Shown: one piece after another, positions 30,952 to 40,264 of the stretch
Layout of the letters: each line of letters starts with the position of its first letter
Numbering within the stretch: the first letter of the stretch is position 1
Source of the DNA: Candidatus Micrarchaeota archaeon
GTDB taxonomy: Archaea > Aenigmatarchaeota > Aenigmatarchaeia > QMZP01 > QMZT01
NCBI GenBank assembly: GCA_013151465.1
Contig: JAADIF010000043.1
Coordinates: 1-46,684 of the forward strand
Reading direction: 5' to 3'
Length of the DNA stretch: 46,684 nt
Program-made: the position numbers and the translations under genes
Notes under the pieces: generated by a model
Databases searched by the model: none
What the model was told of the DNA's origin: nothing
The model's input: the letters and a program-made list of their open reading frames with translations, nothing else

Positions 30952-31209
30952 ATGGAAGAAAAGAGGCTTGTTGGAAAAATTACACATTTCTTCGACAAGA
31001 TAGGCGTTGCTGTAATAGAGCTTTCTGCAAACATTAAGAAAGGAGATAAAATATCAATAGAGGGCGCGACAACGAATTTCATACAGGATGTAGAATCGAT
31101 GCAGATTGATCACAAGGAAGTTGCAGAGGTGATGGCAGGGCAAGCAGTCGGTATGAAGATGTCGGAGAAGGTGAGAGCGGGAGATCAGGTCTTTAAAATC
31201 AGCAGCTGA
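30952..31209 (+). CDS. small EF-Tu domain-2-like beta-barrel protein
   Basis: VGKITHFFDKIGVAVIELSANIKKGDKISIEG..QIDHKEV..AGQAVGMKM..VRAGDQVFKI resembles translation-factor domain II. Confidence 0.6.
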   Translation: MEEKRLVGKITHFFDKIGVAVIELSANIKKGDKISIEGATTNFIQDVESMQIDHKEVAEVMAGQAVGMKMSEKVRAGDQVFKISS

Positions 31210-31251
31210 ATATCTATTAGATTTGACAGTCATCAGCGTTGATATTTATAG

Positions 31252-31518
31252 TTGGAGGTACATTTTATGGAAGGCATCATAAAAGAGAAAAATGAAGAGA
31301 AAAAGGTATTTGTAATAGCAGGAGAAGATGAAAAGGATTATGAGATTCCTGTGGAAGACGATTTCCAGACGGGGGATATAATAGAATTTAAGCTAAAAGA
31401 TGGTTGCATAGATTGTGCAACAATTAAGAAGACTGCCCATATAAACCTTCAGGTGTTCGATGCTTTTCAGGCAAACCCTTGTATGGGGTGCACGAAGAAT
31501 TGTGGTCATCGTGGCTGA
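31252..31518 (+). CDS. hypothetical small protein with a Cys-rich C-terminus
   Basis: 88-aa ORF with DGCIDC and CMGCTKNC motifs. The family is unknown. Confidence 0.4.
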   Translation: MEVHFMEGIIKEKNEEKKVFVIAGEDEKDYEIPVEDDFQTGDIIEFKLKDGCIDCATIKKTAHINLQVFDAFQANPCMGCTKNCGHRG

Positions 31519-31651
31519 TAATTTATTTAGGATTATAGTCGTATAGGGCTAACCCTGCGGACTTCATGCTTACTTCATGAAATGTCCTGAAACAACTTTC
31601 AGGATAGACCGCGGATAAAGCGCATGTTTTATTTTTCCGAAAACAAATATA

Positions 31652-31691
31652 GTGATTAGGAGGAAGTTTGGTACGAAAATGAACTAATCAC
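31652..31691 (-). terminator. hairpin GTGATTAG-N24-CTAATCAC just after the CDF gene stop, followed by a T-rich run on the minus strand
   Basis: An 8-bp perfect stem was read directly. Its 3' arm ends 3 nt from the stop codon at 31694-31696, and TTTGTTTTCGG lies downstream on the minus strand. Confidence 0.35.
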
Positions 31692-31693
31692 CT

Positions 31694-32578
31694 TTATTTA
31701 TTACATAGCATTTCATCGCCACACATATTTTCATTTTCAGTCTGTATTGTTGTATGAGTTATGTTGAATTCTTTTTCCAGAAGTTTGTTTATTTCTTTTA
31801 TTATAAGATCGGTATTTGATTTTCTTTCCCTTTCCATGCATATGTGACATGATAAAAATATCTCATTCGAATCAATTGACCATATGTGGAGATTATGCAC
31901 GCTTCTGACCCCTTCCGCATTGTTTATAGCATTATAAACCTTTTCGAAATCTATATCTTCAGGAACGCCCTGCATAAATATATGGACAGATTTTCTGATT
32001 ATATCAAAACCGCTCCAGAATATCATTAATGCTATAACAATACTAGCTATCAAATCAAAAATAACCACGTTCGTGAAAATGATAAGCATCCCGCTTATTA
32101 TAACAAAAACGGAGGAAATCGTATCATAGAACATATGAACATATGCCGCTTTCATATTCAAGTTTTTCTTTTTATATTTATGCAAAACCAATATGGAGAG
32201 TGTGTTTCCAATTAAACCTATAATAGCAATGGGCAGCATCATCGATGTGAATATTTCGTGGGGTAAATAAAACCTTTTTACTGATTCGAATATTATATAG
32301 GCTCCTATCGCCCAAAGGGCTAATGCATTGATTAAAGCGGTAAACACTTCAAATCGTTTGAGACCAAATGAATGCCTCTTTGTGGCTTTCTTTGATGAAA
32401 ATCTTTCTCCAATATATCCTAAAAGCAATGCCAAAACATCAGAAAAATTATGCCCTGCATCTGAAATAAGGGCGAGGCTTCCTGAAAGAATGCCTCCAAC
32501 GTATTCTGCAAGTGTTATTAATATATTAAATAACAATACCAGACCAATTCTCTTTCCATTCAAATTATGTTTGTGCAT
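31694..32578 (-). CDS. cation diffusion facilitator (CDF) family metal efflux transporter
   Basis: Has six TM helices, ALISDAGHNFSDV (TM2 metal site), HMFYDTISS (TM5) and a cytoplasmic C-terminal domain with HNLHIWS. Confidence 0.9.
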   Translation of the reverse strand: MHKHNLNGKRIGLVLLFNILITLAEYVGGILSGSLALISDAGHNFSDVLALLLGYIGERFSSKKATKRHSFGLKRFEVFTALINALALWAIGAYIIFESVKRFYLPHEIFTSMMLPIAIIGLIGNTLSILVLHKYKKKNLNMKAAYVHMFYDTISSVFVIISGMLIIFTNVVIFDLIASIVIALMIFWSGFDIIRKSVHIFMQGVPEDIDFEKVYNAINNAEGVRSVHNLHIWSIDSNEIFLSCHICMERERKSNTDLIIKEINKLLEKEFNITHTTIQTENENMCGDEMLCNK

Positions 32579-32589
32579 TAATCTTCCTC

Positions 32590-33585
32590 CTAAGTGCTTC
32601 TTGTTAACAACATAAATTCAAATCGTCTTAGCAGTTTTCCTATTGTTTGAGCGTTGTCCCTGACGAACTTTCCATATTTCTCTATATCGAAAACATTAAA
32701 AACATCTGCATCGACAAGGCCTTGCGTGAATTCGTCAGGTGTGAAAATACCGGTCATTAGCTCATACAATTTCTTGTTATCGCTTTCGAGATTGTATATT
32801 TCCCTTATATCTGGTCTCAATAACCCCGATATAAATTTCCTTTCCTCATCGATGCCGAGTATTTGATTTATATCACCCCTCTCAACTGAGAAACCCACAT
32901 CTCTTGCAAGATTCTCGAGCAGATTAAAGTCAATCGTATATTCATCATGGCCTCTGACCGGAACTTTCTGCGGAGAGGCATCTCCACAACTCTGCTCCGC
33001 GATGAAGACTTTCCCTCCTCTTTTCACAAGAGGGAATGTTTCTTCAATAAGCTTTAGCGCACCGTAATTGAGATTGAAAGGATCTTTTGGCACTCGAAGT
33101 TTATGCTCTTCTACTATTCTTCTTGCGTCTGTTATGATATTATTTCTATCTTCAGTTTTCATGTCAAAATCAACTATTGTGGGAAGATCAGATATTATTT
33201 CGTTCATTATCACTAAGGCAAATGAACCTTTTTTGAATGGGATAGCCATACAATCAGCGATAATTGAATCGAAGCCATGCTTGTGAAGATTCCTTATTAT
33301 TTTTGGCGAGATGTCCATGACGATATATTTTATATCTTCTGTTAGATGTGACTTGAATTCATTTGCGATATTGCCAAGACCAGGACCTATTTCAAGGACT
33401 ATGCCATTTCTCGGCATAGCCGATTTTTCTTCAAGATAACGCCATAGAAGCTGGCCATATGTCATTCCTGTTCTGGTAAAGCTGTTTTTTCTTCTGATAA
33501 GATGAGATATTGTGACCTCATCTAGCATACCTTCTGAAGGGTTCTTTTCATTTTTATAGAATTCCTTAGTTGTGTTTATGCGCAA
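32590..33585 (-). CDS. class I SAM-dependent methyltransferase
   Basis: Motif I is VLEIGPGLGNIANEF. An acidic residue ends beta-2 (VMDIS), and the layout is Rossmann-like. Confidence 0.65.
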   Translation of the reverse strand: MRINTTKEFYKNEKNPSEGMLDEVTISHLIRRKNSFTRTGMTYGQLLWRYLEEKSAMPRNGIVLEIGPGLGNIANEFKSHLTEDIKYIVMDISPKIIRNLHKHGFDSIIADCMAIPFKKGSFALVIMNEIISDLPTIVDFDMKTEDRNNIITDARRIVEEHKLRVPKDPFNLNYGALKLIEETFPLVKRGGKVFIAEQSCGDASPQKVPVRGHDEYTIDFNLLENLARDVGFSVERGDINQILGIDEERKFISGLLRPDIREIYNLESDNKKLYELMTGIFTPDEFTQGLVDADVFNVFDIEKYGKFVRDNAQTIGKLLRRFEFMLLTRST

Positions 33586-33673
33586 AAGCTCACCTATTTA
33601 TTTCTAAACAATGAATGTTTATATTAGGGGTTTGTTGCCTGAGAATAACAGATAAGAGCAAGGTGTCTATAAT

Positions 33674-34258
33674 ATGAGAAGAAAGAACGGTATCGTAATA
33701 AGGATAAACAAGGCGACAAAAGATGCTGTGCATATAGAGCGCGAGGCCTTTGATACAAGAATGAAACTCAGCATCGATTTCAGAAAGGACTGGCTTGAAA
33801 GCTATGTCGACACTAAATCCGAAATGTTGGACAAGAACCTTGCAAAGCTTGCAAGATTGGTGGGATTCCACCTGGTTGCAATGCAAGAAGAGGAAACCCC
33901 GGATTTCCACGGCACCGGACATATGCTCGGGTCCGCATTTAAGGAAATAATAAAAAGAAGAAATAAAGAGGATAAATTCATCAGAGGAAAACATATTTTC
34001 ACAGACGGGAAATGCAGCACGCTATTTTCTATGATAATCAATCCACAATATCCGATCGGCTCCCTTGATATAAGGATGATGGGCGGTGCAGAATATGCCA
34101 TGGACAGGAATCTTGAGGACTTCCTCGTAGGCTTTTCAACATCAGCAGGCATACATGCAAACATAATTCTTGAGAAGGTGGACGACAAAAAACATGAATG
34201 GGACAGCGTTTTTGAATCGATGTCGGGCTCGCTCATAAGATTGATGTCACAGAGATAA
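33674..34258 (+). CDS. hypothetical protein with weak imidazoleglycerol-phosphate dehydratase (IGPD)-like pattern and degenerate metal ligands
   Basis: At 194 aa it matches IGPD length. EMLDKNLAKLARLVGFHL resembles DHMLdqLa.Hg.fdL, HMLGSAFKEI resembles GIaLGqAfkeA, and KHEWDSVFESMSGSL resembles HH.iEa.FKAfarAL. Several expected His/Glu ligands are replaced. Confidence 0.4.
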   Translation: MRRKNGIVIRINKATKDAVHIEREAFDTRMKLSIDFRKDWLESYVDTKSEMLDKNLAKLARLVGFHLVAMQEEETPDFHGTGHMLGSAFKEIIKRRNKEDKFIRGKHIFTDGKCSTLFSMIINPQYPIGSLDIRMMGGAEYAMDRNLEDFLVGFSTSAGIHANIILEKVDDKKHEWDSVFESMSGSLIRLMSQR

Positions 34259-34260
34259 AT

Positions 34261-35253
34261 CTACTTCTCTTCCGGCTTTATCATGTTGTCATATCTGCTG
34301 CTTCTGTTTTTCAGAAGGACTATTCTTGAAGGTATTGCCTCATCCGAATAATCATAACCTTCCAGTGCATCTTCCAGCCTTTCTGAGAAGGCTTTGACTT
34401 CCTCATGCGTTGGCATATTTGACCTCTTCAGGCGATGCGTAGAATATCCTATGTGCATATAAGCCTTGACTTCGACAAAATCCGTTCCGGTTTTTTCTAT
34501 GAGTTTTGCAAATTCTCTGATATATTCGTCCTTGTCATTCAACCCTTTGATGAGCGTAAGTCGTATGACTCTTCTTGTCGGAAGACTCGGAAGCAGTTCG
34601 AGCGTCCTGTTCAGCCGTTCCCACCCATCAGGATGCATTGATTTGTTAAGCTCCTTAAAAAGCGCTTCATTTGGCGCAGTAAGAGAGACATAAAGCTGTG
34701 TCGGGAGAGCATCATCTTTCCAGAGTTTTTCAAGAACGTCCGGGTTCTGTCCGTTAGTTACGATAAAAATAGTCCTCACTTCGGGCTTTTTGCGAAGAAG
34801 CCTTACCATTTCACCTAGTTTTGGATACATCGTCGGCTCTCCGGAAAGCGATATTGCATAATGATCGGGGATAAGAGCTTCCCTGAATTTTTCGGGATCC
34901 ACCTTTTCGTTTCCACCAAGTCCTGAAAGAAGTTTGCTTCTTTGGGGTATGACATCATTGAGTATTAATCCGGGGTCATCGATATCACTATCCCCGATGC
35001 TTCGCACGGTCATCTGCTCCATGGGACGCCAGCAGTAGACGCAGTTCTGGTCGCACCAGAGAGCGACTGGTGTAATCTGCGCGCATCTATGGCAGTGCGC
35101 GCCGTAGAACTGTTCCTTGTAGCAGACGCCCTCGCCTCTCAGCGCCTTTTTCGTCCATGTGCATATCTCTATTGCACCATGGTTTCCAAGGATTCGCCAC
35201 TGCTTCTTTTCAAGGTCTTTTTTGTCCTTATCAGTGATTTGGAGTTTGACCAT
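34261..35253 (-). CDS. taw1: tRNA 4-demethylwyosine synthase (Taw1/TYW1, radical SAM)
   Basis: Shows N-terminal Cys residues for the auxiliary cluster (GVCYKEQFYGAHCHRC) and the radical-SAM motif CDQNCVYCWRP. Confidence 0.9.
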   Translation of the reverse strand: MVKLQITDKDKKDLEKKQWRILGNHGAIEICTWTKKALRGEGVCYKEQFYGAHCHRCAQITPVALWCDQNCVYCWRPMEQMTVRSIGDSDIDDPGLILNDVIPQRSKLLSGLGGNEKVDPEKFREALIPDHYAISLSGEPTMYPKLGEMVRLLRKKPEVRTIFIVTNGQNPDVLEKLWKDDALPTQLYVSLTAPNEALFKELNKSMHPDGWERLNRTLELLPSLPTRRVIRLTLIKGLNDKDEYIREFAKLIEKTGTDFVEVKAYMHIGYSTHRLKRSNMPTHEEVKAFSERLEDALEGYDYSDEAIPSRIVLLKNRSSRYDNMIKPEEK

Positions 35254-35325
35254 AAAGTAGATGTAAGTTATAGATTTAATAATGTTTTGCCTTAGTTAAC
35301 CAGAGCATATAAGCAACCTATAAAA

Positions 35326-36066
35326 TTGAGTTATATTTTGGATGGAACAAAATCAGTTCTTAAAATTTTTTATCATCTACTGTATATGAAACTAAATTAT
35401 AGAGTTCTGATGAGTAGTGATGGAAATTACGCTCAGATTTTCCATGATTTCAGAGATAGACGTATAGTGGTGGAGTTGGGTTCGTGCATAAACACTAAAC
35501 CAGTCGAAGATCTATTTTTGCATCGATTTAACTTACAGCAAGACGGAAACTGGCACAATTCTCCAATTACATGGTATACATACATTATTAGACCAAAACC
35601 AAACTCTCATACCGATACACTCGGAACCTATTCTCATTGCAATGTAGCATTTGAGCCATTGGTAGACGAAAACAAAAGATACATAGCGGTTGATAAGAGC
35701 TTTGGGGTAATGAAGACATATTTTTATTTTCTAAAAAATAAATTCGGAAAACAAGGAACAAAGAATATTTTTGGGGTTGTTGCAGATGCAAATGAATTGC
35801 CTTTCAAAAAAGGATGCATAGATTGCATATTCGGGAACAATTCTATTGATTCCATTCTGGAATTGGCGAATGATCCAGATAAAATATGGTCAAATGTGAA
35901 TTATGTGTTAAAACAGGGAGGTTGTGTATCTTGCGTTACATGCACCCCTGAAGATGCTAAAAAGTGGCATGCAGAATTCGAAAAACACGGATTCAGAACA
36001 CGTGTTGCTGATGCTGTTATCATGGGAAATAAAGAACATCAACCAGATTTCTTTTCGCATCCTTAA
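35326..36066 (+). CDS. putative class I methyltransferase (Methyltransf_11-like), start uncertain
   Basis: VVADANELPFKKGCIDCIFGNNSI and VLKQGGCV match post-I/II/III regions, but motif I is degenerate (VVELGSC). The 3' end overlaps convergent tmk by 47 bp. Confidence 0.5.
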   Translation: MSYILDGTKSVLKIFYHLLYMKLNYRVLMSSDGNYAQIFHDFRDRRIVVELGSCINTKPVEDLFLHRFNLQQDGNWHNSPITWYTYIIRPKPNSHTDTLGTYSHCNVAFEPLVDENKRYIAVDKSFGVMKTYFYFLKNKFGKQGTKNIFGVVADANELPFKKGCIDCIFGNNSIDSILELANDPDKIWSNVNYVLKQGGCVSCVTCTPEDAKKWHAEFEKHGFRTRVADAVIMGNKEHQPDFFSHP

Positions 36067-36625
36067 AAACTTCCTCAATCGGTCTGTTTCCATCTATAAC
36101 GACAAAGTTTTTCTCTTTCGCAAGCTCAAGATATGCTTTTCTTACTTTTTCCATTTTTCCGAGCTTTTCGTGCCTATCCGCGTTGTTTCCGGCGCGCTCT
36201 ATGCTCACCTCGGGCGGGATGTCTATGAATATCACGATGTCCGGCTTTCTTACAAATTCATGTATCTTCTTAATCCATTCCTTATCTATTCCATATAAAC
36301 TATTTTCATATGCAAGCGTAGAGTAATAGTATCTATCCATCACGACTGTTTTTCCTGATTCAAGCGCGGGCAACGCCTGGCTTTTAAGGTCTTCATACCT
36401 GTCTGCGGAATACAGAAGTGTTATGGCCTCCCCGGATTCAATCTCGATTTTACCGTTGAGCCAGTCGCGTATGAGAAGGCCTATTGGATTTTCGTATGTC
36501 GGCTCGGAGCAGAAGACACAATCTATGCCTTTCGATTTGAGATGATCGCAAAGCATTTTCGCCTGCGTCGTCTTTCCCGATTTGTCAATCCCCTCAAAAA
36601 CAATGAATTTTCCTTTCATAGGCAA
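36020..36625 (-). CDS. tmk: thymidylate kinase
   Basis: Shows FIVFEGIDKSGKTTQ (P-loop), the DRY motif (VMDRYYYS) and a LID region. Confidence 0.9.
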   Translation of the reverse strand: MPMKGKFIVFEGIDKSGKTTQAKMLCDHLKSKGIDCVFCSEPTYENPIGLLIRDWLNGKIEIESGEAITLLYSADRYEDLKSQALPALESGKTVVMDRYYYSTLAYENSLYGIDKEWIKKIHEFVRKPDIVIFIDIPPEVSIERAGNNADRHEKLGKMEKVRKAYLELAKEKNFVVIDGNRPIEEVFKDAKRNLVDVLYFP

Positions 36626-36722
36626 AACATAAATGGATTTTGTATGTTTTAAGCATTAGCGTTGATTTATTAATCTTCCATCCATTTTTAATTGGGCAAA
36701 ATGCCTTAGGGAGGGGGTAATT

Positions 36723-37730
36723 ATGAAAAGGTTATTTCTTTCGGTGGCTTTGCTGTTTACTGTTGTTTTCTTTCTTGCAGCAACGCCTGCATATGCATAC
36801 ACAAACTGCCACTTCAGGACATACGGAACGCATATGCTTTTAAGGAACGATTGTATAACAGATGAGACGATATACATACCTGACGGCATGACACTTGATG
36901 GCAGAAATCATGCAATAACAGCAGTCGATCCGCCGGGAAGTCATTTCCGCGGAGCCATAATAAAGAATGCCGGAAGCGTGGCCAACGTAAGAAACCTTAA
37001 GATATTTGCGCGTAACCTTGCAAACGTGTGCGATGCCGGAAGCGACAGGCTCAGAGTGATACTTTTTGAGGGCGCGTCAGGTTCGATAATCAAAAACACG
37101 ATATACGGCCCAAATCAGGGTAATAGTGGATGCCAGGAAGGAAACGCCATAGAGGTGAGAAATCCGCCATTTGACGGGACGCATCCGGATACGAAACATG
37201 TATTCATAACGAGAAACACCATAAGAGCGTATCAGAAGACAGGCGTAGTCGCAAACGGCGATGTCGATGTATCCATACTCTTCAATGACATAGGAAGTGC
37301 AGACTTGTCATACTATATTGCAGCAAATTCTATCCAGCTTGGTTATTGGGCAAAAGGAAAGGTGAAATATAATTCCATCAAAGGGAACCAATGGTGCGGA
37401 CCGAGCGCATACGTGGCAACTGCCGTGCTCATGTATCTTGCAGAAGGCGATTCTGTCGTCGCGGGAAATGCAATCACCGGAAACTCTGACATCGGCATAT
37501 ACATATACGCGGATAATGTTGATGTAAAGAGAAATATGGTGTTTGACGACTGGAGGATAGCTGATTGCAATTCGCATGGCTGGGATATTGGAATAGGAAA
37601 TTACGGATTCGGAAATATTGTGGCCAAAAATATGGTATTCGGGTTCACTGAATCATATGAGGGACCTCATATAAGTGCACAATCCATCGGTCATGCCCCA
37701 AATAAAGAAATCGCAACACCTTTCATATAA
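36723..37730 (+). CDS. secreted right-handed parallel beta-helix repeat protein
   Basis: Has a signal peptide (LFLSVALLFTVVFFLAATPAYA) and repeated ~22-aa G-x-x-I-x-N-N turns (IIKNAGS, IIKNTIYG, ITRNTIRA, VAGNAITGN, VKRNMVFD). Confidence 0.7.
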   Translation: MKRLFLSVALLFTVVFFLAATPAYAYTNCHFRTYGTHMLLRNDCITDETIYIPDGMTLDGRNHAITAVDPPGSHFRGAIIKNAGSVANVRNLKIFARNLANVCDAGSDRLRVILFEGASGSIIKNTIYGPNQGNSGCQEGNAIEVRNPPFDGTHPDTKHVFITRNTIRAYQKTGVVANGDVDVSILFNDIGSADLSYYIAANSIQLGYWAKGKVKYNSIKGNQWCGPSAYVATAVLMYLAEGDSVVAGNAITGNSDIGIYIYADNVDVKRNMVFDDWRIADCNSHGWDIGIGNYGFGNIVAKNMVFGFTESYEGPHISAQSIGHAPNKEIATPFI

Positions 37731-37773
37731 AAATCCATTCTTCTTCTTTTTCCTTCTTCTGCAATATTTTTAA

Positions 37774-38352
37774 ATGGAAATCATATTATTACCTCTTATG
37801 AGAAATCTCTATTTTGTCACGGGCAACAAGAACAAGCTTGTGGAAGCAAGAAAGGTTATACCCGGAATTGAAAGCGTAAATCTGGATCTTCCGGAAATCC
37901 AGGATATAGATCCGCGCAAGGTCATAGAGGCAAAACTTAGGAAAGCTGTGGAAAGCGTTGATGGAGATATCTTCATAGAGGATGTGTCTTTTGAATTGGA
38001 GTGCCTTAACGGGTTTCCGGGTCCATTTATAAAATGGATGCTGGGAACAGCTGGTAGAGACAAGATTGTTGAAATCTGCCAAAAGCTGGGAAATGACAAT
38101 GCCGTAGCAAGGGCGACAATAGGCCTTGCAAAAGATGGCAAACTATATTTTTTCGAGGGCTTGGTGAAAGGTAAAATAGTTCCGAAAAGAGGAGAGAATG
38201 GCTTTGGTTTTGATCCCATCTTTCAGCCGGAAGGGTATGATAAGACATTTGCTGAGATGTCTCCCGAAGAAAAGAATGCAATAAGCCACAGAGGGCGAGC
38301 CCTTGAAGAAATGAAAAAATTCCTGAAGGGTGCAACGAACCATTTTAACTGA
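37774..38352 (+). CDS. non-canonical purine NTP pyrophosphatase (HAM1/RdgB ITPase)
   Basis: Matches FVTGNKNKLVEARKV, EIQ, FIEDVSFELECLNGFPGPFIKW, FGFDPIFQP and ISHRGRA. The likely start is Met9 at 37798. Confidence 0.9.
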   Translation: MEIILLPLMRNLYFVTGNKNKLVEARKVIPGIESVNLDLPEIQDIDPRKVIEAKLRKAVESVDGDIFIEDVSFELECLNGFPGPFIKWMLGTAGRDKIVEICQKLGNDNAVARATIGLAKDGKLYFFEGLVKGKIVPKRGENGFGFDPIFQPEGYDKTFAEMSPEEKNAISHRGRALEEMKKFLKGATNHFN

Positions 38353-38370
38353 TTATAACAATTATCTTCT

Positions 38371-38556
38371 ATGTGTCTTGCGACAACCGGCACGGTCATA
38401 TCGATAGAAGGAGATAATGCCGTCGTCGATTTTGGTGGAGTGAGGTATGAGATAAACATATCTCTTGTGAAGCCTAAAATAGGCGATCGTGTTCTTGTGC
38501 ATGCCGGTTTTGCTATACAAATAATGAAAGATGATGAAAATGTCTGTTACACGTGA
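38371..38556 (+). CDS. hypC: hydrogenase maturation chaperone HypC
   Basis: N-terminal MCLATTG with Cys2, an OB-fold pattern and ..GDRVLVHAGFAIQIM. It overlaps hypD by 26 bp. Confidence 0.85.
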   Translation: MCLATTGTVISIEGDNAVVDFGGVRYEINISLVKPKIGDRVLVHAGFAIQIMKDDENVCYT

Positions 38557-39550
38557 TGTTCTTTCTGAGATAAGGGAAATTGCAAAAGGTATGCCTCAGG
38601 TCAATATAATGGAAGTGTGCGGAACGCACACCCAGACAATAGCAATGCATGGCATAAGGGAAGCAATGCCTGAAAATATTAATCTTATATCCGGTCCGGG
38701 ATGCCCTGTGTGCGTCACACACCAGCGCGACCTTGACAATATAATCGAGCTTGCGCTGAACGGGGTGAAAATCGCAACATACGGCGACATGCTCCGCATT
38801 CCAGGAAGCAGGATGCGCCTTGACGAGGTTCGTACCATCAAGAACAATGTGAAGGCAATCTATTCCATAAAGGAGATAATAGGGACGGACTATGTATTTT
38901 TTGGAGCGGGTTTTGAAACTACTGCCCCCATGACGGCATACGCCCTCCAGAAAGGAGTTGTCGTGTATTCTGTGCATAAGCTCATACCTCCTGTTTTAAA
39001 AGTTCTCACACAATCCGGAGAAATAAGGATAGACGGGTTCATAGGACCGGGGCATGTTTCAACTATAATCGGCTCCAATGCTTATGAAGGGCTCAATATA
39101 CCTCTGGTAATTTCCGGTTTTGAAAGGGAAGATGTCCTTTTGTCCGTATTGATGCTTTTGAAACAGATAAAGGAAGGCCGCACCGAAGTAGAGAATGAAT
39201 ATACACGGGTTGTAACACCTGAAGGAAATACATCGGCACAAAAAATTCTCGAAGAAAATTTCATTGTTACAGATGCTGAATGGAGGGGTTTTGGAACTAT
39301 ACCAGACTCCGGCCTTGAACCAAAAAACAAAGAGCTTGATGCAAAGGTCATTTATAAGGACATATTAAAAAACGTTCCCGAGCCGTCGTATCCCAAAGGT
39401 TGCATATGCGATCGTATCATAAGAGGCTTAAACCTCCCCTCAGATTGCCCGCTTTTTAAGGGAGGAAAATGCAACCCGATTGAGCCCATCGGACCCTGTA
39501 TGGTCTCTGTCGAAGGTGCATGCAATGTCTGGTTCAGAAATAAAAGATAG
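38531..39550 (+). CDS. hypD: hydrogenase maturation protein HypD
   Basis: Shows MEVCGTHT, ISGPGCPVCVT, GFETTAP and the C-terminal Cys motif CNPIEPIGPCMVSVEGAC. Confidence 0.9.
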   Translation: MMKMSVTRDVLSEIREIAKGMPQVNIMEVCGTHTQTIAMHGIREAMPENINLISGPGCPVCVTHQRDLDNIIELALNGVKIATYGDMLRIPGSRMRLDEVRTIKNNVKAIYSIKEIIGTDYVFFGAGFETTAPMTAYALQKGVVVYSVHKLIPPVLKVLTQSGEIRIDGFIGPGHVSTIIGSNAYEGLNIPLVISGFEREDVLLSVLMLLKQIKEGRTEVENEYTRVVTPEGNTSAQKILEENFIVTDAEWRGFGTIPDSGLEPKNKELDAKVIYKDILKNVPEPSYPKGCICDRIIRGLNLPSDCPLFKGGKCNPIEPIGPCMVSVEGACNVWFRNKR

Positions 39551-39553
39551 GAA

Positions 39554-40264
39554 TTATAATAGCTCAAAAACTATCGCCAATCCTATTATTACCATTAGCG
39601 CTCCCGCGATAAGATGAAGGTATTTTATGTTCTTTTCCTTCCACCCGGAAACATCCTGAACGGTCGAGATTCCTTTGTAGACGATAAGCGTTATGGCTAG
39701 CATCGGCATGACAAACACTATATTATATAAGACAAGCCAAGGAACGGCAGCAAAAATACCTATCTTTGACAAAAGACCGTTTGCAATGACATATGGGCCT
39801 ATTGTGCACGGAAGTAGGAAGAGCGTAACAAACACGCCCACTATAAATGCCCCCCCTGGCCCTGTTACAGAATTTATCAGTTTTTTCACCCGCGGTCTCA
39901 TAGAAAGCGGCATCTCTGTCATGAATCCTCCGGGCTTGTATCTGAAATAGTCCTTCAGGTTAAGGAAACCCAGAATAATTGCAACAGCACCAAGCGCGGT
40001 ATACAAAACCACACGCACGCCTGAAATCGCCTGCATCGCGGAGAAGAATGAAACCAGAAGGAAGCCATAAAACATATAAAGTATGAAGACGGCCGCAACA
40101 AAAGACAGGCCTGAAAAAAGTATCCTTTTCGTGTCTTTTGGGTTGTATGTCATTATCGCTATGAGCATAAGGGTAAGGACCGCTATCGCGCATGGGTTGA
40201 CCGCGTCGACTGCTGCGAGGGTCAATATATACGGAATGGAAAGCGTCTCAATCATAATCATCAC
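39554..40264 (-). CDS. CcdA/DsbD-type transmembrane thiol-disulfide electron transporter
   Basis: Has six or more TM helices and two membrane-embedded Cys motifs (AVDAVNPCAIAVL and LLPCTIGPY). It overlaps the upstream thioredoxin-like gene by 4 bp. Confidence 0.8.
   Translation of the reverse strand: MMIMIETLSIPYILTLAAVDAVNPCAIAVLTLMLIAIMTYNPKDTKRILFSGLSFVAAVFILYMFYGFLLVSFFSAMQAISGVRVVLYTALGAVAIILGFLNLKDYFRYKPGGFMTEMPLSMRPRVKKLINSVTGPGGAFIVGVFVTLFLLPCTIGPYVIANGLLSKIGIFAAVPWLVLYNIVFVMPMLAITLIVYKGISTVQDVSGWKEKNIKYLHLIAGALMVIIGLAIVFELL

Noticed and set aside
31560-31610. CTTCATG x2, TTCATGAAA and CCTGAAAC near the hairpin TCCTGAAA-caac-TTTCAGGA (31585-31604) might be a fourth site of the GTTTCA/TGAAAC regulon or a small RNA.
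   Set aside because: The site lies between two convergent gene ends, not at a promoter, and matches only the 6-mer core. A hairpin followed by the T-run at 31626-31636 is more simply a terminator. No C/D-box or other ncRNA signature was seen.
36020-36066. The 47-bp convergent overlap between the methyltransferase-like ORF and tmk, and the 4-bp CTAG shared by the cdc48 and polB stops at 22128-22131, might be regulatory antisense features.
   Set aside because: Both are consistent with the general compaction of this genome, and nothing in the sequence indicates a specific function. The methyltransferase-like ORF boundaries are themselves uncertain.
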